Below are positions 56,801-64,000 of a stretch of DNA of 64,000 nucleotides, in pieces. The position numbers and the translations under genes are program-made. The notes under the pieces are model-generated. The model was not told the origin of the DNA, did no database searches, and was given only the letters and a program-made list of their open reading frames with translations. The DNA is from Eledone cirrhosa (taxonomy: Eukaryota). The first letter of the stretch is position 1. Each line of letters starts with the position of its first letter. The stretch lies in assembly GCA_964016885.1 (NCBI GenBank), contig OZ024748.1, positions 27,900,001 to 27,964,000 of the forward strand. Direction: 5' to 3'.

Positions 56801-59800
56801 TGTTATGAGATGTAGGTTATAAGTTGTGAGATATAGGTTATATTGTGGTGAGATAATGTTGTGAGATGTAGGTTATATTGTGGTGAGGTAATGTTGTGAG
56901 ATGTAGGTTATATTGTGAGGTAATGTTGTGAGATGTAGGTTATATTGTGGTTAGGTAATGTTGTGAGATGTCGGTTATATTGTAGTGAGGTAATGTTGTG
57001 AGATGTAGGTTATATTGTGGTGAGGTAATATTGTGGTGAGGTAATGTTGTGAGATGTAGGTTATATTGTGTGGTAATTTTGTGTGATGTAGGTTATATTG
57101 TGGTGAGGTAATGTTGTGAGATGTAGGTTATATTGTGGTGAGGTAATGTTATGAGATGTAGGTTATATTGTGGTGAGGTAATGTTGTGAGATGTAGGTTG
57201 TATTGTAGTGAGATAAAGTTGTGAGGTGTATGTTATGAGATGTAGGTTATAAGTTGTGAGATATAGGTTATATTGTGGTGAGGTAATGTTGTGAGATGTA
57301 GGTTATATTGTAGTGAGACAATGTTGTGAGATGTAGGTTATATTGTGGTGAGGTAATGTTGTGAGATGTAGGTTATATTGTGGTGAGGTAATGTTGTGAG
57401 ATGTAGGTTATATTGTGGTGAGGTAATGTTGTGAGATGTAGGTTATATTGTGAGGTAATGTTGTGAGATGTAGGTTATATTGTGGTGAGGTAATGTTGTG
57501 AGATGTAGGTTATATTGTGAGGTAATGTTGTGACATGTAGGTTATATTGTGGTTAGGTAATGTTGTGAGATGTAGGTTATATTGTAGTGAGGTAATGTTG
57601 TGAGATGTAGGTTATATTGTGGTGAGGTAATATTGTGGTGAGGTAATGTTGTGAGATGTAGGTTATATTGTGGTGAGGTAATGTAGTGAGATGTAGGTTA
57701 TATTGTGGTGAGGTAATGTTGTGAGATGTAGGTTATTTGTGGTGAGGTAATGTTGTGAGATGTAGGTTATATTGGGGTGAGGTAATGTTGTGACATGTAG
57801 GTTATATTGTGGTGAGGTAATGTTGTGAGATGTAGGTTATATTGTGGTGAGGTAATCTTGTGAGATGTAGGTTATAATGTGGTGAGGTAATGTTGTGAGA
57901 TGTAGGTTATATTGTGGTGAGGTAATGTAGTGAGATGTAGGTTATATTGGGGTGAGGTAATGTTGTGAGATGTAGTATATATTGTGGTGTGGTAATGTAG
58001 TGAGATGTAGGTTATATTGTAGTGAGACAATGTTGTGAGATGTAGGTTATATTGTGGTGGGTAATGTTGTGAGATGTAGGTTATATTGTAGTGAGACAAT
58101 GTTGTGAGATGTAGGTTATATTGTGGTGAGGTAATGTAGTGAGATGTAGGTTATATTGTAGTGAGACAATGTTGTGAGATGTAGGTTATATTGTGGTGAG
58201 GCAATGTTGTGAGATGTAGGTTATATTGTGGTGAGACAATGTAGTGAGATGTAGGTTATATTGTAGTGAGACAATGTTGTGAGATGTAGGTTATATTGTG
58301 GCGATGTAATGTTGTGAGATGTAGGTTATATTGTGGTGAGGCAATGTTGTGAGATGTAGGTTATATTGTGGTGTGGTAATGTTGTGAGATGTAGGTTATA
58401 TTGTGGTGTGGTAATGTTTTGAGATCTAAGTTATATTGTGGTGTGGTAATGTTGTGAGATCTAAGTTGTATTGTGGTGAGGTAATGTTGTGAGATGTAGG
58501 TTATATTGTGGTGAGGTAATGTTGTGAGATGTAGGTTATATTGTGGTGAGGTAATGTTGTGAGATGTAGGTTATATTGGGGTGAGGTAATGTTGTGAGAT
58601 GTATGTTCTATTGTTGTAAGGTAATGTTGTGAAATGTAGGTTATATTGTGGTGAGGAAATGTTGTGAGATGTAGGTTATATTGTGAGGTAATGTTGTGAG
58701 ATGTAGGATATATTGTAGTGAGGTAATGTTGTGAGATGTAGGTTCTATTGTGGTGAGGTAATTTTGTAAGATGTAGGTTATATTGTGGTGGGGTAATGTT
58801 GTGAGATGTAGGTTATATTGGGGTGAGGTAATTTTGTGAGATGTATGTTCTATTGTTGTGAGGTAATGTTGTGAAATGTAGGTTATATTTTGGTGAGGTA
58901 ATGTTGTGAGATGTAGGTTATATTGTGAGGTAATGTTGTGAGATGTAGGTTATATTGTAGTGAGGTAATGTTGTGAGATGTAGGTTCTATTGTGGTGAGG
59001 TAATTTTGTAAGATGTAGGTTATATTGTGGTGAGGTAATGTTGTGAGATGTAGGTTATATTGTGGTGAGGTAATGTGGTGAGATGTAGGTTATATTGTGG
59101 TGAGGTAATGTTGTGAGATGTAGGTTATTTGTGGTGAGGTAATGTTGTGAGATGTAGGTTATATTGGGGTGAGGTAATGTTGTGACATGTAGGTTATATT
59201 GTGGTGAGGTAATGTTGTGAGATGTAGGTTATATTGTGGTGAGGTAATGTTGTGAGATGTAGGTTATAATGTGGTGATGTAATGTTGTGAGATGTAGGTT
59301 ATATTGTGGTGAGGTAATGTAGTGAGATGTAGGTTATATTGGGGTGAGGTAATGTTGTGAGATGTAGTATATATTGTGGTGTGGTAATGTAGTGAGATGT
59401 AGGTTATATTGTAGTGAGACAATGTTGTGAGATGTAGGTTATATTGTGGTGGGTAATGTTGTGAGATGTAGGTTATATTGTAGTGAGACAATGTTGTGAG
59501 ATGTAGGTTATATTGTGGTGAGGTAATGTAGTGAGATGTAGGTTATATTGTAGTGAGACAATGTTGTGAGATGTAGGTTATATTGTGGTGAGGCAATGTT
59601 GTGAGATGTAGGTTATATTGTGGTGAGACAATGTTGTGAGATGTAGGTTATATTGTGGTGAGGTAAAGTAGTGAGATGTAGGTTATATTGTAGTGAGACA
59701 ATGTTGTGAGATGTAGGTTATATTGTGAGGTAATGTTGTGAGATGTAGGATATGTTGTGGTGAGGTAATGTTGTGAGATCTAAGTTATATTGTGGTGTGG

Positions 59801-62800
59801 TAATGTTGTGAAATCTAAGTTATATTGTGGTGAGGTAATGTTGTGAGATGTAGGTTATATTGTGGTGAGGTAATGTTGTGAGATGTAGGTTATATTGTGG
59901 TGAGGTAATGTTGTGAGATGTAAGTTATATTGGGGTGAGGTAATGTTGTGAGATGTATGTTCTATTGTTGTGAGGTAATGTTGTGAAATGTAGGTTATAT
60001 TGTGGTGAGGTAATGTTGTGAGATGTAGGTTATATTGTGAGGTAATGTTGTGAGATGTAGGATATATTGTAGTGAGGTAATGTTGTGAGATGTAGGTTCT
60101 ATTGTGGTGAGGTAATTTTGAAAGATGTAGGTTATATTGTGGTGAGGTAATGTTGTGAGATGTAGGTTATATTGGGGTGAGGTAATATTGTGAGATGTAT
60201 GTTCTATTGTTGTGAGGTAATGTTGTGAAATGTAGGTTATATTGTGGTGAGGTAATGTTGTGAGATGTAGGTTATATTGTAGTGAGGTAATGTTGTGAGA
60301 TGTAGGTTATATTGTAGTGAGGTAATGTTGTGAGATGTAGGTTCTATTGTGGTGAGGTAATTTTGTAAGATGTAGGTTATATTGTGGTGAGGTAATGTTG
60401 TGAGATGTAGGTTATACTGTGGTGAGGTAATGTGGTGAGATGTAGGTTATATTGTGGTGAGGTAATGTTATGAGATGTAGGTTATATTGTGAGATAATGT
60501 TGTGAGATGTAGGATATATTCTGAGTTAATGTTGTAAGATGTAGGTTATATTGTGGTGAAGTAATTTTGTGAGATGTAGGTTATATTGTTGTGAGATGTA
60601 GGTTATATTGTGGTGAGGTAATGTTGTGAGATGTAGGTTATACTGTGGTGAGGTAATGAGGTGAGATTAGGTTATATTGTGGTGAGGTAATGTTGTGAGA
60701 TGTAGGTTATATTGTGAGTTAATGTTGTGAGATGTAGGTTATATTCTGAGTTAATGTTGTAAGATGTAGGTTATATTGTGTTGAGGTAATGTTGTGAGAT
60801 GTAGGTTATATTGTGAGGTAATGTTGTGAGATGTAGGTTATATTGTGGTTAGGTAATGTTGTGAGATGTAGGTTATATTGTAGTGAGGTAATGTTGTGAG
60901 ATGTAGGTTATATTGTGCCGAGGTAATATTGTGGTGAGGTAATGTAGTGAGATGTAAGTTATATTGTGGTGAGGTAATGTTGTGAGATGTAGGTTATATT
61001 GTTGTGAGGTAATGTTGTGAGATGTAGGTTATATTGTAGTTAGACAATGTTGTGAGATGTAGGTTATATTGTGGTGGGTAAAGTTGTGAGATGTAGGTTA
61101 TATTGTAGTGAGACAATGTTGTGAGATGTAGGTTATATTGTGGTAAGGTAATGTAGTGAGATGTAGGTTATATTGTAGTGAGACAATGTTGTGAGATGTA
61201 GGTTATATTGTGGTGAGATAATGTTGTGAGATGTAGGTTATATTGTTGTGATGTAATGTTGTGAGATGTAGGTTATATTGTGGTATGGTAATGTTGTGAG
61301 ATCTAAGTTATATTGTGGTGTGGTAATGTTGTGAGATCTAAGTTATATTGTTGTGTGGTAATGTTGTGAGATCTAAGTTATATTGTGGTGAGGTAATGTT
61401 GTGAGATGTAGGTTATATTGTGGTGAGGTAATGTTGTGAGATGTAGGTTATATTGTGGTGAGGTAATGTTGTGAGATGTAGGTTATATTGGGGTGAGGTA
61501 ATGTTGTGAGATGTATGTTCTATTGTTGTGAGGTAATGTTATGAAATGTAGGTTATATTGTGGTGAGGTAATTTTGTGAGATGTAGGTTCTATTGTGATG
61601 TAATGTTGTGAGATGTAGGTTATATTGTGGTGAGGTAATGTTGTGAGATGTAGGTTATATTGGGGTGAGGTAATGTTGTGAGATGTAGGTTCTATTGTGG
61701 TGAGGTGATGTTGTGAGATGTAGGTTATATTGTGAGGTAATGTTGTGAGATGTAGGTTATATTGTAGTGAGGTAATGTTGTGAGATGTAGGTTCTATTGT
61801 GGTGAGGTAATTTCGTAAGATGTAGGTTATATTGTGGTGAGGTAATGTTGTGAGATGTAGGTTATACTGTGGTGAGGTAATGTGGTGAGATGTAGGTTAT
61901 ATTGTGAGCTAATGTTGTGAGATGTAGGTTATATTCTGAGTTAATGTTGTAAGATGTAGGTTATATTGTGGTGAAGTAATTTTGTGAGATGTAGGTTATA
62001 TCGTGGTGAGGTAATGTTGTGAGATGTAGGTTATATTGTGGTGAGGTAATGTTGTGAGATGTAGGTTATACTGTGGTGAGGTAATGAGGTGAGATGTAGG
62101 TTATATTGTGGTGAGGTAATGTTGTGAGATGTAGGTTATATTGTGAGTTAATGTTGTGAGATGTAGGTTATATTCTGAGTTAATGTTGTAAGATGTAGGT
62201 TATATTGTGGTGAAGTAATTTTGTGAGATGTAGGTTATATTGTGTTGAGATAATGTTGTGAGATGTAGGTTATATTGTGAGGTAATGTTGTGAGATGTAG
62301 GTTATATTGTAGTGAGACAATGTTGTGAGATGTAGGTTCTATTGTGGTGAGGTAATGTTGTGAGATGTAGGTTATATTGTGAGGTAATGTTGTGAGATGT
62401 AGGTTATATTGTAGTGAGGTAATGTTGTGAGATGTAGGTTCTATTGTGGTGAGGTAATTTTGTGAGATGTAGGTTATATTGTGGTGAGGTAATGTTGTGA
62501 GATGTAGGTTATATTGTGATGTAATGTTGTGAGATGTAGGTTATATTGTGGTTAGGTAATGTTGTGAGATGTAGGTTATATTGTAGTGAGGTAATGTTGT
62601 GAGATGTAGGTTATATTGTGGTGAGGTAATATTGTGGTGAGGTAATGTTGTGAGATGTAGGTTATATTGTGGTGAGGTAATGTAGTGAGATGTAGGTTAT
62701 ATTGTGGTGAGGTAATGTTGTGAGATGTAGGTTATATTAGGGTGAGGTAATGTTGTGACATGTAGGTTATATTGTGGTGAGGTAATGTTGTGAGATGTAG

Positions 62801-64000
62801 GTTATATTGTGGTGAGGTAATGTTGTGAGATGTAGGTTATATTGGGGTGAGGTAATGTTGTGACATGTAGGTTATATTGTGGTGAGGTAATGTTGTGAGT
62901 TGTAGGTTATATTGTGGTGAGGTAATATTGTGAGATGTAGGTTATATTGGGGTGAGGTAATGTTGTGAGATGTAGGTTATATTGGGGTGAGGTAATGTTG
63001 TGAGATGTAGGTTATATTGTGGTGAGGTAATGTTGTGAGATGTAGGTTATATTGGGGTGAGGTAATGTTGTGAGATGTAGGTTCTATTGTGGTGAGGTAA
63101 TGTTGTGAGATGTAGGTTCTATTGTGGTGAGGTAATGTTGTGAGATGTAGGTTATATTGTGAGGTAATGCTGTGAGATGTAGGTTATATTATAGTGAGGT
63201 AATGTTGTGAGATGTAGGTTCTATTGTGGTGAGGTAATGTGGTGAGATGTAGGTTATATTGTAGTGAGACAATGTTGTGATATGTAGGTTATATTGTGGT
63301 GAGGTAATTTTGTAAGATGTAGGTTATATTGTGGTGAGGTAATGTTGTGAGATGTAGGTTATACTGTGGTGAGGTAATGTGGTGAGATGTAGGTTATATT
63401 GTGGTGAGGTAATGTTGTGAGATGTAGGTTATATTGTGGTGAGGCAATGTTGTCAGATGTAGGTTATATTGTAGTTAGACAATGTTGTGAGATGTAGGTT
63501 ATATTGTGGTGGGTAATGTTGTGAGATGTAGGTTATATTGTAGTGAGACAATGCTGTGAGATGTAGGTTATATTGTGGTGAGGTAATATTGTGAGATGTA
63601 GGTTATATTGTAGTGAGACAATGTTGTGAGATGTAGGTTATATTGTGGTGATGTAATGTTGTGAGATGTAGGTTATATTGTGGTGAGGCAATGTTGTGAG
63701 ATGTAGGTTATATTGTAGTGAGACAATGTTGTGAGATGTAGGTTATATTGTGGTGAGATAATGTTGTGAGATGTAGGTTATATTGTGGTGATGTGATGTT
63801 GTGAGATGTAGGTTATATTGTGGTGAGGCAATGTTGTGAGATGTAGTTTATATTGTGGTGTGGTAATGTTGTGAGATCTAAGTTATATTGTGGTGAGGTA
63901 ATGTTGTGAGATGTAGGTTATATTGTGGTGAGGTAATGTTTTGAGATGTAGGTTATATTGGGGTGAGGTAATGTTGTGAGATGTAGGTTATATTGGGGTG
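47855..64000. repeat. 35-bp minisatellite/satellite (gtggtgaggtaatgttgtgagatgtaggttatatt), >16 kb, open at the window end
   Basis: Period of 35 (e.g. ttatattg at 48481 and 48516); 30- and 15-bp deletion variants; higher-order blocks. Confidence 0.97.

Noticed and set aside
47855-64000. Telomeric repeat
   Set aside because: G/T-rich, but there are no tandem TTAGGG or TTAGG runs; the unit is 35 bp.

Overview
Repeat-dominated eukaryotic DNA with no confidently identifiable host gene. The tRNA-derived SINE family and the extreme microsatellite load point to a cephalopod (Octopus-like) genome; this is recognition from memory, not a database result. About half the window is tandem repeat: 10-, 15-, 35-, 40-, 61-, 100- and 310-bp units plus microsatellites. 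The rest is mobile-element debris: a degenerate Tx1/L1-clade LINE with several 3' fragments, Penelope-like element (PLE) fragments, and Helitron, Chapaev-like, Tigger-like and hAT-like pieces. The long ORFs in the track (21838-27801, 42310-46734 and similar) are repeat artefacts. The main finding is a set of type-I hammerhead ribozyme motifs. A near-identical 310-bp tandem array (17671-19446, plus an inverted 490-bp arm) carries one hammerhead per monomer, an architecture resembling non-LTR retrozymes that yield circular RNAs. A separate 310-bp palindrome at 4247-4556 has a hammerhead in each arm, and a decayed motif sits near 40500.
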